Shown here piece by piece: positions 1-9,795 of a stretch of 64,000 nucleotides of DNA (positions within the stretch are counted from its first letter, which is position 1; each line of letters starts with the position of its first letter). The DNA comes from a virus. Taxonomy: Duplodnaviria > Heunggongvirae > Uroviricota > Caudoviricetes. The stretch lies in the IMG/VR virus record IMGVR_UViG_3300020714_000006; one strand, 5' to 3'. The notes beneath the pieces were generated by a model that did not search any database, was not told the DNA's origin, and worked only from the letters and a program-made list of their open reading frames with translations. The position numbers and the translations under genes were made by a program.

Positions 1-1364
1 CAGTTGTAATTGATATTGGTTTTACTAAAGACGTTGCAGCACAATATTATTCAGAAGAAATTGATGAAAGTGAACTAACAGAATTATTTGATAATCCATT
101 GCCATTTGAGTGGACAACTAAACTACCAAATGATAGATACGTAGCAAAATTTATGGTAGGGCATCATGAATATAGATTTTCTGCACATATGTTTCCATAT
201 GATGACTTGATGGGTGCTGAAATTGCATTCTGTATGATGGACAACGGTAAGTGTAGAACTGATAATACCGGAACAGGTAATGCCAACCAGATATATGCTA
301 CCGTAATTGAATTGATAAAACAAGTAGCAGATGCTGCAAATTTATCTAGAATAGCATATGATGCTGCTGATGATAAACGTAAGAGTATATACCCTACCTT
401 AATTAAGAAAGCATTACCAGGATGGGAGTTATCAGAACACGAAGATGACTACTACTATTACGATAAACCAATTAAAGAAGAACTTAATGAAGGTATAAGT
501 TCAGTATTATACCATTATACTAGATTACATACTGCTGTTAAAATATTAAATGAAAATCGGTTTATATTGACTTCTAGTATTGGTAATAGATCTGAAGAAA
601 AATTGATGCCAAAAGGTTACCCATATTACCTAAGCACTACAAGAACAAAAATGGGTGGATATCATCATACACCATATAATGGTGAGGTTATATTTAATTT
701 AGATGGTGATTGGTATAACAAACGATATAAAGGTAATTCTGTTGATTATTGGGGTGATAGACATAATGACTACGGTAGAGTAAGTGAAGCTGAAGATAGA
801 ATTTTTAGTAAAACACCAACTATTCCAACAACTGGTATTACATCTATTCATGTATACTTAACACTAGATAAACAGTTACAGTTTTATACTGAAGACGTAA
901 GACTATTATTCAGACTAGCAAAAACAAAAGGTATTCCAATATCATTATATAATGATCCTAAAGCATGGTTATTACAAGATCCAAAACGTGTTATTAGTAT
1001 TTCTTCTATATTGTCATCATTAAAAACTAATGATAAAAAACCAAAACCTTATAGAGGTCAAAGTAGATTTCAACCAATGAAAGAAATACTAGAATTGATA
1101 TATAAAAATTCTACTAGTCAATTAAGTAAAAATGCTGACAAATTAGTCTACAATCTACGATATTACAATGACACTATAAGTGGGTTAGAAACTGATATGT
1201 TTAATGCACGTAAACCATCGGATAGTGAACGTCCTTTTTTGGATAACTTAATCAAAGCTATGCGTGCTAATGGTTGGAATACCACTGCTGATATGGGTAA
1301 TGCATTAAAAGATAAATGGACAGAAATTCAGAAAAAAGAATATGAAATAAACAAGAAGGTATAA
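1..1364 (+). CDS. Hypothetical protein, 5'-partial. The reading frame is open back to the window edge; the first in-window ATG is at 99.
   Basis: Frame 3 has no stop between nt 3 and the ATG at 99, so the gene very likely starts upstream of the window. The 421-aa in-window part has no recognisable motif. Confidence 0.5.
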   Translation, partial: VVIDIGFTKDVAAQYYSEEIDESELTELFDNPLPFEWTTKLPNDRYVAKFMVGHHEYRFSAHMFPYDDLMGAEIAFCMMDNGKCRTDNTGTGNANQIYATVIELIKQVADAANLSRIAYDAADDKRKSIYPTLIKKALPGWELSEHEDDYYYYDKPIKEELNEGISSVLYHYTRLHTAVKILNENRFILTSSIGNRSEEKLMPKGYPYYLSTTRTKMGGYHHTPYNGEVIFNLDGDWYNKRYKGNSVDYWGDRHNDYGRVSEAEDRIFSKTPTIPTTGITSIHVYLTLDKQLQFYTEDVRLLFRLAKTKGIPISLYNDPKAWLLQDPKRVISISSILSSLKTNDKKPKPYRGQSRFQPMKEILELIYKNSTSQLSKNADKLVYNLRYYNDTISGLETDMFNARKPSDSERPFLDNLIKAMRANGWNTTADMGNALKDKWTEIQKKEYEINKKV

Positions 1365-1450
1365 TGAATAAAATTGAAATCTATTGATAAATAGATATAG
1401 GTCGCGGGATTGCAGTCCCCACCTATTCTAAAGCCTTGGAGGTCATCAGC

Positions 1451-2119
1451 ATGAATATTTATCAACCTTATACGTATCTATTAAAATTTAAACCAACTGG
1501 GCAAGTTTATTATGGAGTTTCGTATATTAATCATTATAGAGGAAAAGCACATCCATCTCAATTATGGAATACCTACTTTTCATCATCTAAATATGTTAAA
1601 GAATTAATAAAAATTTATGGACAGGAAATGTTTGATGTGCAAGTTAGAAAAGTATTTGTATGTAGAGAAGATGCAATTAAATGGGAACATAAAGTTTTAA
1701 AAAATTTGATGCAAAAAACAATCCAATGTGGCTCAATAAAAGTAATGGTGGAAAACAATTTATATCTCAATTTGGTAGAATTGTCACAGATGAAACCCGA
1801 AAGAAAATAGGACTTGCAAATACCGGAAAACTAAACAAAAAGAAGGGAACAACACTTTCAGACGAAACTAGGAAAAAGATGTCAATAGCATCTACCGGAA
1901 GAAAACATTCAGATGAAACAAAGAGAAAGATATCTGAGTTCAATAAAGGAAAACATCAGGGTGATAAAAATCCATTTTATGGTAAAAAATCATACACCCG
2001 AATCAATTGCAAAAATGTCAGAATCTCACAAAGGACACATTCCATGGAATAAAGGAAAGCCTGCACCACTAATTTGTCGTGTTATAGATAAAAAAGAGAT
2101 GTCTGTGTTAAAGGTGTAA
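1451..2119 (+). pseudogene. GIY-YIG homing endonuclease (I-TevI-like, with NUMOD3-type repeats) interrupted by two frameshifts.
   Basis: N-terminal YQPYTYLLKF..GQVYYGVSY motif followed by repeats SDETRKKMS, SDETKRKIS and TPESIAKMSESHKGH. The three ORF pieces (1436-1810, 1726-2052, 1913-2119) alternate between frames 2, 1 and 2. They rejoin sensibly across the A6 runs at 1713-1718 and 1984-1989. The sequence NPMWLNKSNGGKQF parallels SPYWLNKNNGGNKF of the intact paralog at 32479-33444. Confidence 0.6.
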
Positions 2120-2211
2120 AAGACATCCAGAAAATTAAAAAAATGTCCTCATTGTAATTTTTCAAGTAGAGGGTTACGATGGGGAAATAACTGTGATAAT
2201 TGTGTATATAA

Positions 2212-2741
2212 AAATGGCGAAACTTATGAGTAAAATAGAAAATAGAATAGAAATATATGTAGATTTAGATGAAGTAGTAGCAAACTTTATGGGATATGCT
2301 CGCAAGTTCTTTGACAAACAACTTAAAGACGGTGATAAACTACTAGTGGATGAATGGAACAAATTAAGTAGTAATCCACACCTATTTAGAGATCTTGAAG
2401 TTAAAGATAACGCATACGAATTAATCGATTGGTTGAAAAAGTATCAACAAGAAACTGGATCAGAACTATATTTTCTAACTGCTATTCCATCAAAGAACAC
2501 AGTGAAATTTGCTGCACAAGATAAAGTGTATTGGTGTAATAAATATTTTCCAGATATTCCAGTTATAATTGGTCCGTATAGCCATGATAAACATTTACAA
2601 TGCAGTGGCAATCATTGTATACTGTTAGATGATAGATTAGATAACTGTACACAATGGCGCGAAGTCGGTGGCCGTGCTCATCAATATAAAACTTGGGAAC
2701 AATGTAAAATTTGGTTAGAGCAAGAACTATTGAATAAATAG
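2212..2741 (+). CDS. HAD-superfamily 5'(3')-deoxyribonucleotidase-like protein.
   Basis: HAD motif I (YVDLDEVVANF, DxDxV), then LTAIPSKN and DDRLDN motifs. The likely start is the ATG at 2212 (MAKLMSK) inside the tracked ORF 2193-2741. Confidence 0.5.
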
Positions 2742-2746
2742 AATTT

Positions 2747-2855
2747 AAAATTGCTTATTAATTAATTTATATGATAAATAAGTAATATTAAAGGAATAAA
2801 AAATTGCTTATTAATTAATTTATATGATAAATAAGTAATATTAAAGGAATAAAAA
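2747..2855 (+). repeat. Perfect tandem duplication of a 53-bp unit ending at the start codon of 2856.
   Basis: ttgcttattaattaatttatatgataaataagtaatattaaaggaataaaaaa occurs at 2751-2803 and again at 2804-2856. Each copy carries an AAGGA RBS and a GATAAATA motif. Confidence 0.9.
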
Positions 2856-3092
2856 ATGGCAACACAGATAGGAAATGGAAACGTTCTTTTTGGTGATGGT
2901 AGTTCACAAACTTCGGCAACACCTACCGGAAATCCAGCAACTGGGCTTGGATTTGTCTATGAAAATTCACAATCTGTAACACAAAATTACACAATGACTA
3001 GTGGTAAATCAGGTATGTCAACTGGTCCAATTACTTTTGGACCGGGAATAACAGTTACGATTCCTAGTGGCTCAAGATGGATAGTATTATAA
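2856..3092 (+). CDS. Small Gly/Ser/Thr-rich protein, probably fibre-associated structural.
   Basis: Its composition resembles the downstream fibre proteins and it sits at the head of the fibre cluster. Confidence 0.4.
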   Translation: MATQIGNGNVLFGDGSSQTSATPTGNPATGLGFVYENSQSVTQNYTMTSGKSGMSTGPITFGPGITVTIPSGSRWIVL

Positions 3093-3102
3093 AGGATAAC
3101 AT

Positions 3103-4371
3103 ATGGCAATTATAAACGCAAGTAATACTAGTGGATTAGTTCAAACTGGTGATGCTAGTGGAGTACTTGCCCTTCAAACTGGCGGAACTACTGCGGTCAC
3201 TATAGATGCTTCAGGCAACGTGGGGATTGGGACGAGTAGTCCTACACAAAAGCTAGATGTCACAGGAAACATCAACACTTCAGGTTCATTAAATAGCATC
3301 AACACTTTTGGATTCAAAAACAGAATTATCAATGGTGGCATGGCTATAGACCAGCGTAATGCTGGGGCGCAGATAACAGCAGCTAACTTGGCTCCCAGCG
3401 CATACATGGTTGACCGTTGGTCATACTCTGCTTCACAGGCCGCAAAATTTACGGCGCAGCAAAATGCTGGGGCTGTAACAACTCCAGTTGGGTTCCCAAA
3501 TTATCTTGGCATGACAGTTGCTTCGGCATTTACCGTTGGCGCGGGTGATTGGTTTTGTATTGGTCAATCAGTAGAAGGGTTTAATTTTGCAGACTTGGCA
3601 TGGGGGACGGCAAGCGCAAAAACCGTAACTCTTTCATTTGTTGTTTATAGCTCTTTAACAGGTACATTCGGGGGCGCACTTCGCAACAACGCAACGAACC
3701 GTTCATATCCATTTACATATTCAATACCGACAGCAAACACTTGGACCACAATATCGGTGACCATTGCTGGCGATACAAGCGGAACTTGGGTTGGGGCGAC
3801 AAACGGACTTGGTGTTTCTCTCTTTTTCGGTCTTGGCGTAGGTACTACTTACAGTGGCACGGCAGGAGCTTGGGCGGCAACAAACTATATATCAGTTACT
3901 GGCGCAGTTTCCGTAGTCGGCACATCAGGTGCTACGTTCTACATCACAGGTGTTCAACTTGAGAAAGGATCAACCGCCACGAGCTTTGACTATAGGCCGT
4001 ATGGGACTGAGTTGGCGTTGTGTCAGAGATATTTTGAAAAGTCTTTTAATGTAAGTGTAGCCCCCGCCAACGGTACAACGGCTACGACTTTAATTGATAA
4101 TGCTGGTTGTTTTGCTAGCATGGCAATAAATGGCCAAGTTGATGGTGGGTTTATATCGTTTAAAGTATCAAAGAGGGCAGTCCCTACTTTAACTATTTAT
4201 GGAAATAATAGTGGGTATTGGAACTATTATAGTGGTGGAGCATCTTTATGGGGGGCAAATGCGTATTCCCCTGGTACTTTGGGTGAAAATGGACATGCTT
4301 TTTCGCAACAAGTTGTAAATGCCATAGCTATTGCTGTTAGAGGGCATTGGACTGCTTCAGCGGAGCTATAA
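3103..4371 (+). CDS. Tail fibre protein.
   Basis: AAGGA RBS. Carries the [21 protein letters not shown] module shared with neighbouring fibre genes and has Thr/Ser/Gly/Asn-rich beta-type composition. Confidence 0.6.
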   Translation: MAIINASNTSGLVQTGDASGVLALQTGGTTAVTIDASGNVGIGTSSPTQKLDVTGNINTSGSLNSINTFGFKNRIINGGMAIDQRNAGAQITAANLAPSAYMVDRWSYSASQAAKFTAQQNAGAVTTPVGFPNYLGMTVASAFTVGAGDWFCIGQSVEGFNFADLAWGTASAKTVTLSFVVYSSLTGTFGGALRNNATNRSYPFTYSIPTANTWTTISVTIAGDTSGTWVGATNGLGVSLFFGLGVGTTYSGTAGAWAATNYISVTGAVSVVGTSGATFYITGVQLEKGSTATSFDYRPYGTELALCQRYFEKSFNVSVAPANGTTATTLIDNAGCFASMAINGQVDGGFISFKVSKRAVPTLTIYGNNSGYWNYYSGGASLWGANAYSPGTLGENGHAFSQQVVNAIAIAVRGHWTASAEL

Positions 4372-4374
4372 AAA

Positions 4375-4743
4375 ATGTACAAACTAACTAACAACACATC
4401 AATAATCCGCATAGAAGATAACGCTTGTATCCCAAACGATCCAACCAACACCGATTACCAAGCCTACCTAGCGTGGCTAGAAGAGGGCAACACACCCGAA
4501 CCTGCTGATATACCACCTGTAGTTATACCCAACATCTCAATGCGACAAGCGAGATTAGCACTATTAGCTGATGGCTTACTTGATGATATTGAAGCTGCTA
4601 TGTCTACACCTGAGTATAAAATTTGGTGGGAATATTCAACGGTTGTTGAGCGTAATAATCCGCTTGTTGAGCAAGTGCTAGCAATCCTCGGCAAAAGTGA
4701 TGCTGAGATAGATCAAATGTTTATAGGAGCATCACAGTTATGA
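4375..4743 (+). CDS. Hypothetical protein in the fibre cluster.
   Basis: ORF with a GGAG RBS that overlaps the next gene by ATGA. Confidence 0.4.
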   Translation: MYKLTNNTSIIRIEDNACIPNDPTNTDYQAYLAWLEEGNTPEPADIPPVVIPNISMRQARLALLADGLLDDIEAAMSTPEYKIWWEYSTVVERNNPLVEQVLAILGKSDAEIDQMFIGASQL

Positions 4744-6353
4744 GTTCTATCGTAGTTGCTGGAGATACCAGCGGTTCAATCACATTACAAGCGCCTGCAG
4801 TAGCAGGGAGTACGGTTTTAACTTTGCCCACAACTTCAGCAACTTTAATCACGGACAGCTCGGGAATATTGAACATAGGCTCAGGTCAAGTCTATAAAGA
4901 TGCTTCAGGCAACGTGGGGATTGGGGTTATACCTAGCCCAGCCCAGGGAGGGTTATTACAATTAGGTAACACATCACAATATGGTTTTCAAGGGCCAATA
5001 GGTTATTTAAACGCAAATATATACTTTGGAACTGGGGCTTTTAGGTACTCAATAACAGGCGCAGCTTCGTCATATCAACAAAATTCAGGGTATCATATTT
5101 GGAGTTACGCGGCTTCAGGTACAGCCAATGCAGCGGTTTCTTTAACAGAAGCTATGCGCATCGACTCCTCCGGCAACGTGGGGATTGGGACGAGTAGTCC
5201 TAGCACTTACGCTGGAAAAGTAGTTTCTTACAATAATACAAATGGTTTAGCGTCATTTACAGCGTTGTCTGGTTTAGCGGCTACCAGTGTTATAGAAATA
5301 CAAGATGGTGCAGCAACTCCAAACAGATGGTGGTTATTATCTGGATTAGGAACAACAACAGATGGAACTTTTTCTATTTATGATAAAAGGCAAAGTGTTT
5401 CAAGATTAGCCATCGACTCCAGCGGCAACGTGGGGATTGGGACTACACCATCAGGAACATACAAACTTGAAGTAACAGGAGCTATAGGTAGTTCAACCAC
5501 CATAAATGCAACAACCGGATATAAGGTTGCAGGTGCAGCTACATCAGGACAATATCTACGAGGTAATGGCACTAACTTTGTATCTTCTGCCATACAAGCA
5601 GCTGATGTACCCACACTTAATCAAAATACTACAGGCAATGCCGCCAATGTGACGGGAACTGTTGCCGTAGGTAACGGTGGAACTGGGTCAACAACATTGC
5701 CCACTAATAACGTGCTACTAGGTAACGGCACATCAGCATTACAAGCGGTCGCCCCAAGTACATCGGGCAACGTATTAACATCAAATGGGACAACATGGCA
5801 ATCAATCGCGCCAAGTGGTGGCGGTGGCGGTTTCACCAGTATGGTCGTCTTCACAGCATCAGGTACATGGACTATTCCTGCTGGCATTACTAAGGCGAAA
5901 GTGACTATCCAAGGGGCTGGCGGTGGTGGTGGTGGTGGTTTTGGTTATGAAAACGGCGGCGGCGGCGGTGCGACTATAAAATATGTAACTGGATTGACTC
6001 CAGGTGGAACTGTTGTTTGTACGATTGGCGCTGGTGGCTCTGGTGCCGTCGCTTGTGGTGCGAATGGTGGTGCGGGCGGGACTACATCTTTTGGCGCTTA
6101 TTGCTCTGTAACTGGCGGAGGAGCAGGGCTTTCGTCAGGAGTCACAGGGTCAGGAGGCGTAGGAACAGGCGGGAATTGGAACCTTACTGGATCAGGTTTA
6201 TTTTCAGGTTATTATATCAACACACCGCCCTCTTTATCCTATATTTCTGATGGCACTGTGGCACGAGGTAGTGGTGGCGTTGCTGGTAATTATTGTGGAG
6301 TACCTACACCAGCTACTGCTGGAATGTCAGGTTTTATCATGATTGAATATTAA
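4740..6353 (+). CDS. Tail fibre protein with three SGNVGIGT modules and a Gly-rich C-terminal region.
   Basis: AGGAG RBS. The modules [27 protein letters not shown] and [14 protein letters not shown] are present, followed by poly-Gly stretches ([18 protein letters not shown]). Confidence 0.6.
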   Translation: MSSIVVAGDTSGSITLQAPAVAGSTVLTLPTTSATLITDSSGILNIGSGQVYKDASGNVGIGVIPSPAQGGLLQLGNTSQYGFQGPIGYLNANIYFGTGAFRYSITGAASSYQQNSGYHIWSYAASGTANAAVSLTEAMRIDSSGNVGIGTSSPSTYAGKVVSYNNTNGLASFTALSGLAATSVIEIQDGAATPNRWWLLSGLGTTTDGTFSIYDKRQSVSRLAIDSSGNVGIGTTPSGTYKLEVTGAIGSSTTINATTGYKVAGAATSGQYLRGNGTNFVSSAIQAADVPTLNQNTTGNAANVTGTVAVGNGGTGSTTLPTNNVLLGNGTSALQAVAPSTSGNVLTSNGTTWQSIAPSGGGGGFTSMVVFTASGTWTIPAGITKAKVTIQGAGGGGGGGFGYENGGGGGATIKYVTGLTPGGTVVCTIGAGGSGAVACGANGGAGGTTSFGAYCSVTGGGAGLSSGVTGSGGVGTGGNWNLTGSGLFSGYYINTPPSLSYISDGTVARGSGGVAGNYCGVPTPATAGMSGFIMIEY

Positions 6354-6366
6354 GGAGAAAATATAA

Positions 6367-6618
6367 ATGAAAGCATTAATAAGCCCTATTGAACCTGTAA
6401 ACAATTCTGACGGCACAACGGGCTATCGAGTTGCACAAGTTGAAGAAATAACTTTTGATGTAGCTGAACCATTATATTGGCTTGACTGCGATGCCAACGT
6501 GATAGCAGATATTTACTATTTTGATACTACATCTAATAATATATTAATTAAGCCTGTTATTGCTCATACTAATGTATCAAACACACAACCAATATCAACT
6601 GGAACACAAGCATTCTAA
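6367..6618 (+). CDS. Hypothetical protein.
   Basis: ORF with a GGAG RBS. Confidence 0.4.
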   Translation: MKALISPIEPVNNSDGTTGYRVAQVEEITFDVAEPLYWLDCDANVIADIYYFDTTSNNILIKPVIAHTNVSNTQPISTGTQAF

Positions 6619-6902
6619 TGGATATTTTGATACTGCCCCCAGCGCATAGCCTAACTTATGACGGTGCAACACTAAACATTTATCACGCCAACAAGGGTGA
6701 GGGATTGCCGCATCATGTTCACACGTTTAGTCACGCAACCATGTGTCATTCAGGGTCAATCATTGTCCGTAAGGAGGGCAAAGAAATGATAGTTACTAAA
6801 GAAACTCAACCTATAAATCTTACTGCTAATGAATGGCATGAAATTGAAGCATTAGAAGATAATACAGTGTTCTGTAATATGTTCTCTGAAGGAAAATATT
6901 AA
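6618..6902 (+). CDS. Small cupin-fold protein.
   Basis: LPHHVHTFSHATMCHSGSIIV resembles the cupin G(x)5HxH(x)n signature. Confidence 0.4.
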   Translation: MDILILPPAHSLTYDGATLNIYHANKGEGLPHHVHTFSHATMCHSGSIIVRKEGKEMIVTKETQPINLTANEWHEIEALEDNTVFCNMFSEGKY

Positions 6903-7082
6903 GGGCATGGTGATGAGTATGCTAGATAAACTTGAAGCTTCAGCTAGAGCCGCGTCATGTATTTCATATTTAACTAGCGTGGGGTTAGTGACTGGAAGTC
7001 TCTGGGAGTTTTTAAACACTAACGCCGCTGGCTTTGGTGCAGAAAAACTAAAAGAGTTACTTGCTCTTGTGAAGAGTAAATA

Positions 7083-7496
7083 ATGACTAACGAAAAAATG
7101 AAATTAGCTTTTGAGAGAATGGCTGGCATACCTGATGCTTGGACTAACCCAACACTTATGCAATCTCGTAATGGATTTTTTGCTACATCTGATAAAATAT
7201 TTAAAGAAAATATTCAAAATATTAACAATGCATTAGAAATTGTTTCTAACATAGGTGGTAAAACATTTGATTGGACCGATGACTATATTACCGAAAAAGG
7301 CGGTGTAGATGGTTATTTTGTTAATAAATCAGACTTTGGAGTAATAGCGCAAGATGTTCAATCAGTATTTCCACTAGCAGTAAGAACAAGAACTGATGGA
7401 ACATTAGCAGTAGATTATATAAAGCTTTGTGCATTAGCATTTGCTGCAATTAGAGAATTAAAAAATGAAGTTGATAATTTAAGGAAAACAATATGA
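7083..7496 (+). CDS. Short fibre or spike protein carrying an intramolecular chaperone (peptidase S74-like) domain.
   Basis: TSDKIFKENI matches the S-D-x-x-x-K-E-N-I autoproteolysis motif, and the C-terminal helical segment matches the C-terminus of 7680-8852. Confidence 0.55.
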   Translation: MTNEKMKLAFERMAGIPDAWTNPTLMQSRNGFFATSDKIFKENIQNINNALEIVSNIGGKTFDWTDDYITEKGGVDGYFVNKSDFGVIAQDVQSVFPLAVRTRTDGTLAVDYIKLCALAFAAIRELKNEVDNLRKTI

Positions 7497-7679
7497 TATT
7501 AAATGGATCTAATGGAATAAGTGGATTACCAGTCCCATTAGCACTTAGTCAAGGTGGAACAGGATGTTGACTATCACTGGTTGGAGCAAAACTGAAGCAA
7601 GATTAGTAAAAGCAATCCAAGAACTCAAAGCCATCATCGACACGCAAAACGCTCGTATAGAAGCACTGGAGGCTAAATA

Positions 7680-8852
7680 ATGGCTATCACGCTAAATGGA
7701 ACAACTGGAATCACAACTCCAGGTTTATTAAATACAGGTACAGAAACTATTGTTGACCTTACAACATCGGGCAATACAATACTAGGTGATGCTTCAACAG
7801 ATACTCTCAATGTAGGTAATGGTGGTATTGTCAAAGATGCGTCAGGCAACGTGGGGATTGGGACGAGTTCGCCAACAACAAAACTTACAGTCGCAGGTGC
7901 AATAACTATCACGGGTGGATTTGCGCTCAGAGGCTCATATAGTGCTGGTGCAATAAACTCAAACTTTGCGGCTGGAGATGGAGCTTTAACATCAAACACC
8001 ACAGGCTACTCCAACACAGCTAGTGGGTTGGGCGCACTCCAGTACAACACCACAGGCTACTTCAACACAGCTAGTGGGGTGGGCGCACTCAACAACAACA
8101 CCACAGGCATCTCCAACACAGCTAGTGGGTTGGGCGCACTCCAGTTCAACACCACGGGCAACTACAACACAGCTAGTGGGCAGAACGCACTCAACGCCAA
8201 CACCACAGGCTACTCCAACACAGCTAGTGGGTTGGGCACACTCCAGTACAACACCACAGGCTACAACAACACAGCTAGTGGGCAGAACGCACTCTATACC
8301 AACACCACAGGCAGCTACAACACAGCCAGTGGGTGGAATGCGCTCCTATCAAACACCACAGGCAACTACAACACAGCTAGTGGGGCGGGCGCACTCAACA
8401 GCAACACCACGGGGTCAGGGAACTCAGCGTTTAATCCAATAAATTCAGCAGGTACTTATGCACCTGTGTTTAACCCAACCGTAGAAAACAATCGGTTCTG
8501 TATGGGTTCAACTGGGGTGACTAATGCCTATATTCAAGTCGCTTGGACAGTCGTATCTGACGCACGTGATAAAACGAATTTTGCTCCAGTCCCCCACGGC
8601 TTAGAGTTTGTTAATCAACTTAAACCTACTGCCTATCAGTTTAAGGAAAATAGAGAAACTGATATACCAACTGGTATTGTTAGATATGGTTTTAAGGCAC
8701 AGGATATACTTGCTTTGGAAGGTGACACTCCTGTCATCATTGACAATGAGGATTTAGATAAACTTAGATTCAACTCTGATAGTCTTATCCCTGTATTGGT
8801 CAATGCAATCAAAGAACTCACTGCTCGTCTTGAGCTTTTGGAAGGAAAATAA
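7680..8852 (+). CDS. Tail fibre protein with 20-aa tandem repeats and a C-terminal intramolecular chaperone (S74) domain.
   Basis: GGAGG RBS. Has an N-terminal [11 protein letters not shown] module, about seven copies of NTTGYSNTASGLGALQY, and a C-terminal VSDARDKTNF...LEFVNQLKP..IPVLVNAIKEL sequence typical of the endosialidase/T5 pb1-type chaperone. Confidence 0.7.
   Translation: MAITLNGTTGITTPGLLNTGTETIVDLTTSGNTILGDASTDTLNVGNGGIVKDASGNVGIGTSSPTTKLTVAGAITITGGFALRGSYSAGAINSNFAAGDGALTSNTTGYSNTASGLGALQYNTTGYFNTASGVGALNNNTTGISNTASGLGALQFNTTGNYNTASGQNALNANTTGYSNTASGLGTLQYNTTGYNNTASGQNALYTNTTGSYNTASGWNALLSNTTGNYNTASGAGALNSNTTGSGNSAFNPINSAGTYAPVFNPTVENNRFCMGSTGVTNAYIQVAWTVVSDARDKTNFAPVPHGLEFVNQLKPTAYQFKENRETDIPTGIVRYGFKAQDILALEGDTPVIIDNEDLDKLRFNSDSLIPVLVNAIKELTARLELLEGK
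7996..8420 (+). repeat. In-frame tandem repeat with a 60-nt period, about seven copies, inside fibre gene 7680-8852.
   Basis: aacaccacaggctactccaacacagctagtgggttgggcgcactccagtacaac recurs with few substitutions. Confidence 0.9.
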
Positions 8853-9054
8853 AATGAATGAAATCACACCAGCACAACAATATACATCAACTATGGACTC
8901 AGTAAACCTAATTAATGGTGTTAAGCCTGCGATGATGACTGATGTGGAATGGGCAGATTGTATCAAAAGAAACAAAGAACACATTGAAATTATGTTAGCT
9001 AAAGATTTCTGGACAACTGAAGATTTAACTCCTTTCAAGGACGCTGTGAAATGA
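8803..9054 (+). CDS. Hypothetical protein.
   Basis: ORF immediately downstream of the fibre gene. Confidence 0.35.
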   Translation: MQSKNSLLVLSFWKENKMNEITPAQQYTSTMDSVNLINGVKPAMMTDVEWADCIKRNKEHIEIMLAKDFWTTEDLTPFKDAVK

Positions 9055-9380
9055 TTACAAACACTTGGAACATCACAGCACTAAATTGCAACCCTGATGT
9101 AAATGGTATGCTTGATTATGTTGTGACGGCTCATTGGACTCTCAGCGCAACTGATGGTACTTACACAGGCTCAGTTTACGGTACAGCATCTTTTGAAGTT
9201 GATCCTGATAAGCCTGACTATACACCTTATGCTGACTTAACTTTAGATGAAGTTATTGCTTGGACCAAAGCAGCATTGGGTGAAGAACAAGTAGCATCAT
9301 ATGAAGCAAACGTAGCAAGTCAAATTGAATCTCAAATAAATCCAACAATCGTAACTCCACCATTACCTTGGACTGTATAA
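9051..9380 (+). CDS. Hypothetical protein.
   Basis: ORF overlapping its upstream neighbour by ATGA. Confidence 0.4.
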   Translation: MITNTWNITALNCNPDVNGMLDYVVTAHWTLSATDGTYTGSVYGTASFEVDPDKPDYTPYADLTLDEVIAWTKAALGEEQVASYEANVASQIESQINPTIVTPPLPWTV

Positions 9381-9531
9381 TGATAAACTTAAATTTAACA
9401 GTACAAGAAATAAACTTAATCCTACAAGCACTAGGTCAAGCACCATATATTCAAGTAGCAGAGTTAGTGGAAAAAATAAAAGCACAAGCTGTGCCTCAAG
9501 TCAAGGCGTTGCCAAAAGAAGAAACTCCAGA

Positions 9532-9750
9532 ATGAAAATCGACTGGACTTCAGCATCAACTAAAGGTATAGATGAGACTGAGTCTGACGCTATTGACGGT
9601 TGGTGGGAAACACCTACTGGTGCTGAGTTTGGTGCAGAATATCCAGATTTTAGACTATACTTAGATGGGGTTGTTAAAAATGATCAACAACAAATCCAAG
9701 ATTATATCGATGCTTGTCTAGCAGTTAAAGCAAAATATCCAAAGACATAA
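9532..9750 (+). CDS. Hypothetical acidic protein.
   Basis: ORF followed directly by a terminator. Confidence 0.4.
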   Translation: MKIDWTSASTKGIDETESDAIDGWWETPTGAEFGAEYPDFRLYLDGVVKNDQQQIQDYIDACLAVKAKYPKT

Positions 9751-9756
9751 ATAAAA

Positions 9757-9795
9757 AACCCCTGAAGTAGATTAGGCTACTATAGGGGTTTTAAT
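9757..9795 (+). terminator. Intrinsic terminator.
   Basis: Stem cccct(9759-63) pairs with agggg(9784-88), with an inner gtag/ctac pair, followed by a TTTTAATTT run. Confidence 0.6.

Noticed and set aside
1385-1430. GC-rich element aggtcgcgggattgcagtccccacc resembling a tRNA 3' half (T-arm plus acceptor).
   Set aside because: No complete cloverleaf can be drawn: the stem is only 4 bp, the loop is 6 nt, and there is no anticodon arm. At most it is a tRNA-fragment-like remnant or a small hairpin ahead of the endonuclease gene.
3174-3407. Antisense ORFs inside the large fibre and structural genes (also 5378-5614, 5621-5887, 7673-8002, 50981-51208, 51368-51637, 52106-52300).
   Set aside because: They are fully embedded opposite long, well-supported coding regions, with no RBS or promoter. 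They are a typical artefact of biased codon usage.
6017-6250. Trp/Arg-rich ORF ([14 protein letters not shown]...).
   Set aside because: It is an alternative-frame translation of the GGN-rich glycine stretch of fibre gene 4740-6353.
7996-8420. Regular 60-nt repeats that could be mistaken for a CRISPR array.
   Set aside because: The 'spacers' are not unique. The whole region is an in-frame coding repeat of a fibre protein (NTTGYSNTASGLGALQY units).
8023-8442. Tracked ORF encoding repetitive MGWAHSSTTPQATSTQLVG...
   Set aside because: It is an alternative-frame reading of the fibre tandem repeat inside 7680-8852 and is not a gene.
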